A stretch of DNA of 64,000 bases from Magallana gigas (lineage: Eukaryota), in NCBI RefSeq assembly GCF_963853765.1, contig NC_088854.1, positions 20,150,001 to 20,214,000 on the forward strand, written 5' to 3'. Below, piece by piece: positions 31,685 to 47,258 of the stretch. Both the position numbers and the translations under genes were made by a program. The first letter of the stretch is position 1, and every line of letters starts with the position of its first letter. The notes under the pieces are model-generated. The model had not been told where the DNA came from. It made no database searches and worked only from the letters and a program-made list of their open reading frames with translations.

Positions 31685-31884
31685 NNNNNNNNNNNNNNNN
31701 NNNNNNNNNNNNNNNNNNNNNNNNNNNNNNNNNNNNNNNNNNNNNNNNNNNNNNNNNNNNNNNNNNNNNNNNNNNNNNNNNNNNNNNNNNNNNNNNNNNN
31801 NNNNNNNNNNNNNNNNNNNNNNNNNNNNNNNNNNNNNNNNNNNNNNNNNNNNNNNNNNNNNNNNNNNNNNNNNNNNNNNNNNNN
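31685..31884. other. Assembly gap, 200 N
   Basis: N run; array orientation and subtype differ on its two sides. Confidence 0.99.
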
Positions 31885-33245
31885 ATACCCATTACACGTT
31901 TATTGAATGCATTGCCACACACCGTCAACCTATTACATAAATTTCTATTCATGTTCAATTAATATCCAATTTGATGTTGTTCCAACGCTCTCAAATGCTA
32001 AACACAAATTTAATTTATATCAGTTACCCCTCAAAAATACATTAGTGTGTGAAAAAATTAAAATTTGAGCTCAAATCTCGATCATGCTCATTGGTTAAAC
32101 TAGTGATATAAATGCACGCATAATGTTAGAATGATATGTACTTGAACAATTGCGACATCCGATTCTGATTTTATACAGTGTTTCATGGGGGAGATCATTT
32201 GTGCGTTATTTTATTATTATTATTATTATTCTTTTTCTATTTGAATTGATATCAAAACGGTGAATGTACATTCACCTACGTATGCATGGTCTGCGCATTA
32301 CAAATTAAGGTCTAAGTAAGATGTGCACACGTGAAAACTGCAGTTTTGGCAATGTTATCATGATTGCACAAATGAACTAATTATTTATTCACGTCATTCA
32401 TCACCCGTTTTTTTCCCAATTCATGATCAACTACTACCTTAGTATATCTATATTTATGTTGATATGCTTTTTGACTGTATGTGCATTTGTTAACATAACG
32501 CCGTTTTCTTGCACGTACTATACTGTACATCGCACTTCGCGTAAAGTAGATAATGTAATTCAATTTTCTTTATTTTTCAAAAAATCCTATGACTTTTGCC
32601 ACTGAATATTTTGATATTATTATTAAAGTGACGACTTTTTCTTTCTTTTTTTATTATATTTATTTGTTTTTCTTTCTGACAACTTAAAAAATTTATAATT
32701 CTCTCTTGCTCTTGTTCTGTGTATCGTGTGTTTCTGGGTGTATGGACCTGGTGTGAATTTCACTTAAAAGAAGATATGTATGGGCCTTCTACACAATAGA
32801 CGATATAAAATACACTTATGTCTGTATGTTGGACGTTAAAAAAATGTAATTTTCTGTGAATAATTATCAATTTTAAAGACATTGCGTGACTTTATCGGCA
32901 TTTGGAGTTGGAATTTGCTACTCTGTCCTACGTTTTCCTTTCATTTGAGTTCCTTTAGCGGAGAATTTACGTAAAATATGCAGATGATATGGTAGGGATA
33001 TATCCACACAATGTGATTTTCATAAAATAGCTGCAATCGGTACTCATTAAACGGCGCAGCAAGGATGTAAACATCGGCATCAAAACACACATCGATTCTA
33101 CTATGCATATGCGCTTCGATTTTAAGGGATGTTTTCGAGGACGTCCGCGCCCGCTGTAAACAAAAGCAGCGAGAGCGTGAGACTTCACTATTTCCTCGTA
33201 TTAGTTCGCAGTGAATTGTACAGCGTTTTCGTTTCGTCCGAAGCC

Positions 33246-33845
33246 ATGGCAGACACAGCAACCACAACCCCAGTCAAGAAGAAGGTTACTAAGCCTAAGG
33301 TACCTGCAGCACACCCCAAGTACGTTGATATGATCAGGGCCGCCTTGGAATCCCTGAAAGAGCGTGGTGGATCTTCCAGACAGGCCATTCTGAAGTACAT
33401 AATGGCCAACTTTAAAGTGGGAAACGACGTCAACCCCATTAATGTCCACCTTAAAATGGCACTCAAGAACGGAGTGAAGAAAGGCGCTCTGAAACAAGCC
33501 AAAGGAACAGGCGCCACTGGCTCTTTCAAGTTAGGAGACAAGCCAAAGACAGAGAAAAAACCAAAGGCGAAGAAAGTCACCAAACCCAAGGCAGCCAAAC
33601 CAAAGAAGGCCACAGCTGTTAAGCCCAGGAAGGCGGCAGGGGAGAAAAAGACTGCTGAGAAGAAGAAGAAGTCCCCCAAGAAAGCAGCTGGACCTAAGAA
33701 AGTTAAGACACCCAAGAAGAAGACGGCAGCCAAATCCCCTAAGAAGGCAGCAGCCAAGCCAAAGAAGGCCAAGACTCCGAAAAAAGCAGCAGCAGCCAAG
33801 CCAAAGAAAGCCAAGACTCCCAAGAAGACAGCAGCTAAAAAATAA
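33246..33845 (+). CDS. H1: Histone H1, subtype B, 199 aa, inverted copy
   Basis: ATG at 33246; four-Ala run KKAAAAKPK; stem-loop downstream. Confidence 0.97.
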   Translation: MADTATTTPVKKKVTKPKVPAAHPKYVDMIRAALESLKERGGSSRQAILKYIMANFKVGNDVNPINVHLKMALKNGVKKGALKQAKGTGATGSFKLGDKPKTEKKPKAKKVTKPKAAKPKKATAVKPRKAAGEKKTAEKKKKSPKKAAGPKKVKTPKKKTAAKSPKKAAAKPKKAKTPKKAAAAKPKKAKTPKKTAAKK

Positions 33846-34566
33846 GCAATCATAGCATCATTGCAGATTGCAAACCTTCAACAAAAGCCCTTTTCAGGGC
33901 TACCAATATTTTTCGAAAAGATGTCTTAATTACAAATGCAAGTTGCAAAGAAACATGCAAGTACAATGAATTCATATACACTTTATACAGGTACATTAAG
34001 CCCCTTCTAGTTTTTCTGTGATAATGTGTTATTACATATTATTAATTCATATCTGACTATGGTATGGTTCAGAAGGGGGAAGGGGGGGGGGGCATTAACA
34101 ACACAAACTCACAAATAAGATATTAAAAAGGAGATATAAGCAAATTGTAAATGAGTAACATGGCAAGGGTTTGTAATGCAAGGTGCATGCTTTTTTTCAT
34201 AATGTTCACGGCTACAGACCAGAGTATGAATAGTCGAGTAGTAAAATTTACAGGAGTAGTAATGAAGATTTGAAAGAAAAATTATGGGTGGGGGGTGAGA
34301 TGAGGGAAAAAACAAACACCAAACGTAGCTATGAATGTGTTTTTTGTTTTTTATTTTGCTCCTGCAACTAACTGCATGATATTGATTGAGGTCTGTTTAG
34401 TGAATACACTAAAAAAAAATACATGCATTTACATTATTCAAATCCAACATTTATAAGGCTTAAGCGATATGAGTACAACAAATAATGTACATCATTCATA
34501 TATGTTGTAGACTAACTAGAAAGTGGGTTGATACACATTATCATAAGATTAGTGATGCTGAATTCT

Positions 34567-34797
34567 NNNNNNNNNNNNNNNNNNNNNNNNNNNNNNNNNN
34601 NNNNNNNNNNNNNNNNNNNNNNNNNNNNNNNNNNNNNNNNNNNNNNNNNNNNNNNNNNNNNNNNNNNNNNNNNNNNNNNNNNNNNNNNNNNNNNNNNNNN
34701 NNNNNNNNNNNNNNNNNNNNNNNNNNNNNNNNNNNNNNNNNNNNNNNNNNNNNNNNNNNNNNNNNNNNNNNNNNNNNNNNNNNNNNNNNNNNNNNNN
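34567..34797. other. Assembly gap, 231 N, at the expected position of the (GA)n microsatellite
   Basis: Flanks match the sequences either side of the (CT)n tract in forward units. Confidence 0.95.
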
Positions 34798-35720
34798 ATT
34801 ATTTTATTATGATTCTACTCTGGTTACATTATTCTTTCTTTCTTTCTTCTTTCTTTGACACTGAACAGGATAGCAAAAAACTGAAATCTACACCTTATAG
34901 TTTGCATGATGAACTTTGAAACATACAGTCTTCCTGAGATTTTTTTCCCCTCTCTTTCCAGAATCAAGTGGCTCTCATTGTGTCTGTATTTACAATTACA
35001 ACTAGTGTTTTGGACTTACATGCCCGGATATTTCTGTGCAAATCAAACTATAAAAGTAAGTTCTTTTGTTACTTAGCTAAATCATGAATGATAAAACATA
35101 TAAATGCATATGACGTAGATCTTCTGAATTATAGATCTTTTATGTTTCTCTTTGATAAATCTATATCTTTATTTACTTATTAATTTATTAAGGGGGGGGG
35201 GGGGGGTTATGATGCTGGGTTTATTGTAATTGAATTGAGATATCAGATGATCATTCAGCATATACTATTCCCATTTTAATGCCAGAGAATCATTAGGTTA
35301 AAATATTGAGTGAATGTAAGTTGTGCAATATTCTAATGGGTTGTTATTTAATTGATCAGTTTGTTTTTGCTTTTTTTTAAAGTATCAATTACATCCTGTA
35401 GAATATAGATGGTGTTTAATACTCTATGTAAATCAAATAAGTTTTAGTTATAATTGGAATAAAAGTTTTGTTCCACTAAGTACACGGACGATATTTTTCG
35501 GAGTACACAAATTCTGTGCAAAAGCCGGATCGAAATGATTTTTTCACCTGGCCAATCGGAACGGGTTATTATCGACTAATCGCTGACCACCTCTCTCGGT
35601 CAAGATCACCAATGGCGATTGTCGTTAGTGGGGGTGCTGTGATATCGGAGAGCAGACAGTTAATCGTCGACTCGGTATAAAGTGTATACAGAGGACCGTC
35701 TGGCTCATTCATTCATTTGA

Positions 35721-36143
<423 letters not shown>

Positions 36144-38271
36144 ATTCTCCTTTGTCTCTTGACAAACTCAAAACGGCCGTTTTCACGGCCACCAAAACCT
36201 TTAGAAAAGATGCCTTCACATTACATACAATTGATACTCTAATTATTGAATAAGCGTGCATTCATCTATAATAAATATATGTAAGATGGCTCGCATAAAC
36301 ACACGCACACATATATATCCCATGAATAAAATAAATACAGCAATACAGGTATATTTCAGTGGTAACTTTCTTAACAAATGGACAACATGAGAAACAGTGA
36401 ATTGATATATCACAAACTGTCAAAACTATTGCTATAAATGGTAACTGTCCCACTGCGAGCAAAACTCAAACTAACACAAATGTGTACATTAAAAAAAAAG
36501 AAAAAAGAAGAAGATATCTTTAATTATAACAAAAATGTAAATACCATTATCATTCTTATATTATGGATTTATAACATAGTCATGATGTTCCTAAAGGTCA
36601 ATCTGCTAATTATTATTAAAATAGGAGTATGTTCCTTTATGGAGAAGGAATACAGGAATCATATTGTGTCTTTTGAATAAATTACATTAATTTAGTGAAA
36701 TCAGTTAATGTCTCTTAGATTTTAGCTACTGGCTCTGACCATATCTTTTGCCTCATACCATTTGATACATCCTGTTGATCAGGTTTTTTTTCTTTTTGTC
36801 TTTTTTTTGTTTTGTTTTTTTTTTTTTTTTTGGGTTTTTTTTTTTTACACACTGCACATTCATTTATTACCAATTTAATTCTTTTCGATGAATTGTACAG
36901 GTGTGCAGTACACTTATATAAACATGTATATATATCTAATATTTTGTAACAGTTAATGATATAAATTAAGTATAAACTATGATAAGAAAACCGACACAGT
37001 AAATATGTAAGATGTGTGTATGTGGATTCCATGTAAAACAGCTCTCGCTGCTTTTGTTTACAGCGGGCGCGGACGTCCTCGAAAACATCCCTTAAAATCG
37101 AAGCGCATATGCATAGTAGAATCGATGTGTGTTTTGATGCCGATGTTTACATCCTTGCTGCGCCGTTTAATGAGTACCGATTGCAGCTATTTTATGAAAA
37201 TCACATTGTGTGGATATATCCCTACCATATCATCTGCATATTTTACGTAAATTCTCCGCTAAAGGAACTCAAATGAAAGGAAAACGTAGGACAGAGTAGC
37301 AAATTCCAACTCCAAATGCCGATAAAGTCACGCAATGTCTTTAAAATTGATAATTATTCACAGAAAATTACATTTTTTTAACGTCCAACATACAGACATA
37401 AGTGTATTTTATATCGTCTATTGTGTAGAAGGCCCATACATATCTTCTTTTAAGTGAAATTCACACCAGGTCCATACACCCAGAAACACACGATACACAG
37501 AACAAGAGCAAGAGAGAATTATAAATTTTTTAAGTTGTCAGAAAGAAAAACAAATAAATATAATAAAAAAAGAAAGAAAAAGTCGTCACTTTAATAATAA
37601 TATCAAAATATTCAGTGGCAAAAGTCATAGGATTTTTTGAAAAATAAAGAAAATTGAATTACATTATCTACTTTACGCGAAGTGCGATGTACAGTATAGT
37701 ACGTGCAAGAAAACGGCGTTATGTTAACAAATGCACATACAGTCAAAAAGCATATCAACATAAATATAGATATACTAAGGTAGTAGTTGATCATGAATTG
37801 GGAAAAAAACGGGTGATGAATGACGTGAATAAATAATTAGTTCATTTGTGCAATCATGATAACATTGCCAAAACTGCAGTTTTCACGTGTGCACATCTTA
37901 CTTAGACCTTAATTTGTAATGCGCAGACCATGCATACGTAGGTGAATGTACATTCACCGTTTTGATATCAATTCAAATAGAAAAAGAATAATAATAATAA
38001 TAATAAAATAACGCACAAATGATCTCCCCCATGAAACACTGTATAAAATCAGAATCGGATGTCGCAATTGTTCAAGTACATATCATTCTAACATTATGCG
38101 TGCATTTATATCACTAGTTTAACCAATGAGCATGATCGAGATTTGAGCTCAAATTTTAATTTTTTCACACACTAATGTATTTTTGAGGGGTAACTGATAT
38201 AAATTAAATTTGTGTTTAGCATTTGAGAGCGTTGGAACAACATCAAATTGGATATTAATTGAACATGAATA

Positions 38272-38889
38272 TTTCAATTTCAATTTCTTTATTGCAAAGA
38301 CATACGTCTTATAGCACTTACATGTATAAATGTGAACAATACATGAATAAATAATAATAATAATGGACGGTCAGTCCTTACAAATCTATAGAATAATTTG
38401 TATTTGGAGAATGAAATAACACATATATTATATATATATTGATAGTAATAACAATTGAAATCAGCAAATGACACTTGATATAGTCAAACCATTCTGAGTG
38501 TGAGGGCTTTGTAAATGAATTTTCCTAAATTACACAATTCTTTAATATTGTTAACACTTAATAACTGTATTAATTTGTACATGGATGGTTTACACCAGTA
38601 ATACTTTTTTATGAGCTTTGATCGTAATGCTAAGTACATTGGACATACAAGTATAAAATGATATTCGTCTTCAATGTCTGTTATACAAGTTTTACAAAAT
38701 CTTTTGTCTCTTGGTATATTTTTATGTCGACCTGTTTCAATGAGCAAATTATGTGAGGACAACCTCATTTTGGAAATACATTTTTTATACAACCTTGGTA
38801 TTGATTTTTCTAAATAGTATTGTAAGCAAAAATTATCAACTAAGTGCTTGTAAATAAAACATTTTGTTTCTATTTGCATCTTGCCATGC
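38272..38889 (-). mobile_element. 5'-truncated non-LTR retrotransposon 3' fragment (618 bp): ORF2 C-terminus, 3' UTR, AATAAA and (GAAATT)n tail
   Basis: Absent from the 8 other copies of this site. Encodes RLSSHNLLIETGRH...CKTC-x8-H-x4-C, a CCHC motif typical of the C-terminus of LINE ORF2 proteins. TTTATT at 38288-38293; the tail reads GAAATTGAAATTGAAA on the minus strand. Confidence 0.88.
38484..38889 (-). pseudogene. Uninterrupted C-terminal remnant of retrotransposon ORF2 (about 134 codons)
   Basis: Element-derived part of ORF 38484-38954; no internal stops. Confidence 0.8.
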
Positions 38890-39063
38890 AATTTATGTAA
38901 TAGGTTGACGGTGTGTGGCAATGCATTCAATAAACGTGTAATGGGTATCTGCATTGTATATGTGTGCTTAATTACATGCTATAGAGACATCTTTTCGAAA
39001 AATATGGGTGGCCGTGAAAACGGCCGTTTGGTACAGACAAGTCAAGTCGACAGGGCTGACTTT

Positions 39064-39483
<420 letters not shown>

Positions 39484-39711
39484 TCAACGAATAACACGCC
39501 ATGCGCTGCGCCACTCTATTTAAACACTTCCACGGATTGAGATGATCCACCAATCACAGCGCTCGTTTTAAACGCACCTCGGGCGTCCTGACCAATATGA
39601 TGTTTACAAAGACGTCCGCAATTTACCTGTACGCTTCAATCCGCCTCGTGTTATATATAAATCTACCGAGAGCAATGCGCCATTCATTGTCTCAGTCTTC
39701 ACACTGTAAAC

Positions 39712-40083
39712 ATGCCACCCAAAGTTGGATCTAAAGGTTCTAAGAAAGCTGCCACCAAGGCTAAGGCCCAGAGAACTGGGGACAAGAAGAAGCGCAGGAA
39801 GAGGAGGGAATCCTACGCTATCTACATCTACAAAGTCTTGAAACAGGTGCACCCAGACACTGGAGTTTCCAGCAAGGCCATGAGCATCATGAATTCTTTC
39901 GTCAATGACATCTTCGAGAGAATTGCCGCTGAGGCCTCCCGTCTGGCCCACTACAACAAACGCTCAACCATCACCAGCAGAGAAATCCAGACTGCAGTCC
40001 GCCTTCTCCTGCCAGGTGAATTGGCCAAGCATGCTGTCTCTGAAGGTACCAAAGCTGTCACCAAGTACACCAGCAGCAAGTAA
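39712..40083 (+). CDS. H2B: Histone H2B, subtype B ([12 protein letters not shown])
   Basis: Histone fold; K27 and K30 counting Met. Confidence 0.99.
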   Translation: MPPKVGSKGSKKAATKAKAQRTGDKKKRRKRRESYAIYIYKVLKQVHPDTGVSSKAMSIMNSFVNDIFERIAAEASRLAHYNKRSTITSREIQTAVRLLLPGELAKHAVSEGTKAVTKYTSSK

Positions 40084-41007
40084 ACTGCAGGGATAGTTGA
40101 CATAACCAAACGGCCCTTTTCAGGGCCACACAATTTTTTCGAAAAGCTACCATCATTACAATACGCAGTTACTGGTACATTTAATTTGTGTTCAACAGTC
40201 ATGATTGTTTCAAGACTATACATTCACTATCAAAATGAGTATCCATCTTCACAGAAACTGAAATTACAACAGGCTGTCACATCTAAGAATAAAAAAGTTC
40301 TGTCTCTATTACTGTACACCAATTACTTATTGATCTTCATTATTCAATATTATCGTACAATTTAATATATCAAAACAGTGCAATCTACAATATGGTCATA
40401 AAATAATGAGCTAAACATTATCAGTGTCTGCTTTTCAATCATGATTAAAGTCAATTTCACTGCCCTATCTTTTAATAGTTTTAATCCTTTTCACCATAGC
40501 AATTTAATATCATTTCAACATGTAAGATAATAAAAATACAATTCTGCAGTTTTCAATTAAAATTTCTGATTTCAATTACGTATTCTGTCATGTTTTAGAC
40601 ACGTACAAGAGAAATCAATGAGGGTTGGAGGATCAAATGACATGAATATATTTCTTTACATTATCATTTAATCAATGCGCAATAACTGACCTATTTAAAA
40701 TTAAACAATAGTCATTTTCTGACATGTGAAATGTGGCTTACTTTAATATCATTCTTTGATTAGGCTAAGTGTAAAAGTGATTGTTCATAACTCATGTGAC
40801 TTCCAACCACTCTTATTTCGAGTGCATGTGGCAGGGGAAATGAATGCTAACTCATTACTAATGACAGGTAAAAGTGTAGTATGTCTCACAGAGTGTGTAG
40901 GTGTATTTCACAGCATTTGTGATAGAGGCATCTTTTCTAAAAGTTTGGTGGCCGTTAAAACGGCCGTTTGTTTGTTGTCAGTGCTGCAAGCACACAGGAG
41001 TGGCAGT

Positions 41008-41388
<381 letters not shown>

Positions 41389-42387
41389 TTACGACCCGTG
41401 AGAAGCCACCATACCTTGAAAAGTTCGGCAGCACAAACTAGGCGATTAGTAAAGTCAACGCTGATTGGCTAAGGTATAAACCCGCCTCGGGCCTTATCTG
41501 TTTTACATGGAATCCACATACACACATCTTACATATTTAACGTGTCGCTTTTCTTATCATAGTTTATACTTAATTTATATCATTAACTGTTACGAAATAT
41601 TAAATATATATACATGTTTATATAAGTGTACTGCACACCTGTACAATTCATCGAAAAGAATTAAATTGGTAATAAATGAATGTGCAGTGTGTAAAAAAAA
41701 AAAAAAAAAACCAAAACAAACCAAAACAAAAAAAAGACAAAAAGAAAAAAAACCTGATAAACAGGATGTATCAAATGGTATGAGGCAAAAGATATGGTTA
41801 GAGCCAGTAGCTAAAATCTAAGAGACATTAACTGATTTCACTAAATTAATGTAATTTATTCAAAAGACACAATATGATTCCTGTATTCCTTCTCCATAAA
41901 GGAACATACTCCTATTTTAATAATAATTAGCAGATTGACCTTTAGGAACATCATGACTATGTTATAAATCCATAATATAAGAATGATAATGGTATTTACA
42001 TTTTTGTTATAATTAAAGATATCTTCTTCTTTCTTTTTTTTAATGTACACATTTGTGTTAGCTTGAGTTTTGCTCGCAGTGGGACAGTTACCATTTATAG
42101 CAATAGTTTTGACAGTTTGTGATATATCAATTCACTGTTTCTCATGTTGTCCATTTGTTAAAAAGTTTCCGCTGAAATATACCTGTATTGCTGTATTTAT
42201 TTTATTCATGGGATATATATGTGTGCGTGTGTTTATGCGAGCCATCTTACATATATTTATTATAGATGAATGCACGCTTATTCAATAATTAGAGTATCAA
42301 TTGTATGTAATGTGAAGGCATCTTTTCTAAAGGTTTTGGTGGCCGTGAAAACGGCCGTTTTGAGTTTGTCAAGAGACAAAAGAGAAT

Positions 42388-42810
<423 letters not shown>

Positions 42811-43747
42811 TCAAATGAATGAATGAGCCAGACGGTCCTCTGTATACACTTTATACCGAGTCGACGATTACCTGTCTGCTCTTCGATATCACAGCACCCC
42901 CACTAACGACAATCGCCATTGGTGATCTTGACCGAGAGAGGTGGTCAGCGATTAGTCGATAATAACCCGTTCCGATTGGCCAGGTGAAAAAATCATTTCG
43001 ATCCGGCTTTTGCACAGAATTTGTGTACTCCGAAAAATATCGTCCGTGTACTTAGTGGAACAAAACTTTTATTCCAATTATAACTAAAACTTATTTGATT
43101 TACATAAAGTATTAAACACCATCTATATTCTACAGGATGTAATTGATACTTTAAAAAAAGCAAAAACAAACTGATCAATTAAATAACAACCCATTAGAAT
43201 ATTGCACAACTTACATTCACTCAATATTTTAACCTATTGATTCTCTGGCATTAAAATGGGAATAGTATATGCTGAATGATCATCTGATATCTCAATTCAA
43301 TTACAATAAACCCAGCATCATAACCCCCCCCCCCTCCCCCCTCCCCTAATAAATAAATAAGTAAATAAAGATATAGATTTATCAAAGAGAAACATAAAAG
43401 ATCTATAGTTCAGAAGATCTACGTCATATGCATTTATATGTTTTATCATTCATGATTTAGCTAAGTAACAAAAGAACTTACTTTTATAGTTTGATTTGCA
43501 CAGAAATATCCGGGCATGTAAGTCCAAAACACTAGTTGTAATTGTAAATACAGACACAATGAGAGCCACTTGATTCTGGAAAGAGAGGGGAAAAAAATCT
43601 CAGGAAGACTGTATGTTTCAAAGTTCATCATGCAAACTATAAGGTGTAGCTATCCTGTTCAGTGTCAAAGAAAGAAGAAAGAAAGAAAGAATAATGTAAC
43701 CAGAGTAGAATCATAATAAAATAATGTTAAAAAAAATGCATGTTTGT

Positions 43748-43807
<60 letters not shown>

Positions 43808-44543
43808 TGTTTCCTTTCAATCAGAATTCAGCATCACTAATCTTATGATAATGTGTATCAACCCACTTTCTAGTTAGTCTACAACATATATGAATGATGT
43901 ACATTATTTGTTGTACTCATATCGCTTAAGCCTTATAAATGTTGGATTTGAATAATGTAAATGCATGTATTTTTTTTTAGTGTATTCACTAAACAGACCT
44001 CAATCAATATCATGCAGTTAGTTGCAGGAGCAAAATAAAAAACAAAAAACACATTCATAGCTACGTTTGGTGTTTGTTTTTTCCCTCATCTCACCCCCCA
44101 CCCATAATTTTTCTTTCAAATCTTCATTACTACTCCTGTAAATTTTACTACTCGACTATTCATACTCTGGTCTGTAGCCGTGAACATTATGAAAAAAAGC
44201 ATGCACCTTGCATTACAAACCCTTGCCATGTTACTCATTTACAATTTGCTTATATCTCCTTTTTAATATCTTATTTGTGAGTTTGTGTTGTTAATGCCCC
44301 CCCCCCCTTCCCCCTTCTGAACCATACCATAGTCAGATATGAATTAATAATATGTAATAACACATTATCACAGAAAAACTAGAAGGGGCTTAATGTACCT
44401 GTATAAAGTGTATATGAATTCATTGTACTTGCATGTTTCTTTGCAACTTGCATTTGTAATTAAGACATCTTTTCGAAAAATATTGGTAGCCCTGAAAAGG
44501 GCTTTTGTTGAAGGTTTGCAATCTGCAATGATGCTATGATTGC

Positions 44544-45143
44544 TTATTTTTTAGCTGCTGTCTTCTTGGGAGTCTTGGCTTTCTTTGGCTTGGCTGCTGC
44601 TGCTTTTTTCGGAGTCTTGGCCTTCTTTGGCTTGGCTGCTGCCTTCTTAGGGGATTTGGCTGCCGTCTTCTTCTTGGGTGTCTTAACTTTCTTAGGTCCA
44701 GCTGCTTTCTTGGGGGACTTCTTCTTCTTCTCAGCAGTCTTTTTCTCCCCTGCCGCCTTCCTGGGCTTAACAGCTGTGGCCTTCTTTGGTTTGGCTGCCT
44801 TGGGTTTGGTGACTTTCTTCGCCTTTGGTTTTTTCTCTGTCTTTGGCTTGTCTCCTAACTTGAAAGAGCCAGTGGCGCCTGTTCCTTTGGCTTGTTTCAG
44901 AGCGCCTTTCTTCACTCCGTTCTTGAGTGCCATTTTAAGGTGGACATTAATGGGGTTGACGTCGTTTCCCACTTTAAAGTTGGCCATTATGTACTTCAGA
45001 ATGGCCTGTCTGGAAGATCCACCACGCTCTTTCAGGGATTCCAAGGCGGCCCTGATCATATCAACGTACTTGGGGTGTGCTGCAGGTACCTTAGGCTTAG
45101 TAACCTTCTTCTTGACTGGGGTTGTGGTTGCTGTGTCTGCCAT
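44544..45143 (-). CDS. H1: Histone H1, subtype B, 199 aa
   Basis: Same protein as 33246-33845. Confidence 0.97.
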   Translation of the reverse strand: MADTATTTPVKKKVTKPKVPAAHPKYVDMIRAALESLKERGGSSRQAILKYIMANFKVGNDVNPINVHLKMALKNGVKKGALKQAKGTGATGSFKLGDKPKTEKKPKAKKVTKPKAAKPKKATAVKPRKAAGEKKTAEKKKKSPKKAAGPKKVKTPKKKTAAKSPKKAAAKPKKAKTPKKAAAAKPKKAKTPKKTAAKK

Positions 45144-46610
45144 GGCTTCGGACGAAACGAAAACGCTGTACAATTCACTGCGAACTAATACGAGGAAATA
45201 GTGAAGTCTCACGCTCTCGCTGCTTTTGTTTACAGCGGGCGCGGACGTCCTCGAAAACATCCCTTAAAATCGAAGCGCATATGCATAGTAGAATCGATGT
45301 GTGTTTTGATGCCGATGTTTACATCCTTGCTGCGCCGTTTAATGAGTACCGATTGCAGCTATTTTATGAAAATCACATTGTGTGGATATATCCCTACCAT
45401 ATCATCTGCATATTTTACGTAAATTCTCCGCTAAAGGAACTCAAATGAAAGGAAAACGTAGGACAGAGTAGCAAATTCCAACTCCAAATGCCGATAAAGT
45501 CACGCAATGTCTTTAAAATTGATAATTATTCACAGAAAATTACATTTTTTTAACGTCCAACATACAGACATAAGTGTATTTTATATCGTCTATTGTGTAG
45601 AAGGCCCATACATATCTTCTTTTAAGTGAAATTCACACCAGGTCCATACACCCAGAAACACACGATACACAGAACAAGAGCAAGAGAGAATTATAAATTT
45701 TTTAAGTTGTCAGAAAGAAAAACAAATAAATATAATAAAAAAAGAAAGAAAAAGTCGTCACTTTAATAATAATATCAAAATATTCAGTGGCAAAAGTCAT
45801 AGGATTTTTTGAAAAATAAAGAAAATTGAATTACATTATCTACTTTACGCGAAGTGCGATGTACAGTATAGTACGTGCAAGAAAACGGCGTTATGTTAAC
45901 AAATGCACATACAGTCAAAAAGCATATCAACATAAATATAGATATACTAAGGTAGTAGTTGATCATGAATTGGGAAAAAAACGGGTGATGAATGACGTGA
46001 ATAAATAATTAGTTCATTTGTGCAATCATGATAACATTGCCAAAACTGCAGTTTTCACGTGTGCACATCTTACTTAGACCTTAATTTGTAATGCGCAGAC
46101 CATGCATACGTAGGTGAATGTACATTCACCGTTTTGATATCAATTCAAATAGAAAAAGAATAATAATAAAATAACGCACAAATGATCTCCCCCATGAAAC
46201 ACTGTATAAAATCAGAATCGGATGTCGCAATTGTTCAAGTACATATCATTCTAACATTATGCGTGCATTTATATCACTAGTTTAACCAATGAGCATGATC
46301 GAGATTTGAGCTCAAATTTTAATTTTTTCACACACTAATGTATTTTTGAGGGGTAACTGATATAAATTAAATTTGTGTTTAGCATTTGAGAGCGTTGGAA
46401 CAACATCAAATTGGATATTAATTGAACATGAATAGAAATTTATGTAATAGGTTGACGGTGTGTGGCAATGCATTCAATAAACGTGTAATGGGTATCTGCA
46501 TTGTATATGTGTGCTTAATTACATGCTATAGAGACATCTTTTCGAAAAATATGGGTGGCCGTGAAAACGGCCGTTTGGTACAGACAAGTCAAGTCGACAG
46601 GGCTGACTTT

Positions 46611-47030
<420 letters not shown>

Positions 47031-47258
47031 TCAACGAATAACACGCCATGCGCTGCGCCACTCTATTTAAACACTTCCACGGATTGAGATGATCCACCAA
47101 TCACAGCGCTCGTTTTAAACGCACCTCGGGCGTCCTGACCAATATGATGTTTACAAAGACGTCCGCAATTTACCTGTACGCTTCAATCCGCCTCGTGTTA
47201 TATATAAATCTACCGAGAGCAATGCGCCATTCATTGTCTCAGTCTTCACACTGTAAAC

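Noticed and set aside
31143-31962. ORFs spanning N runs (also 34485-34919)
   Set aside because: Artefacts of translating through assembly gaps
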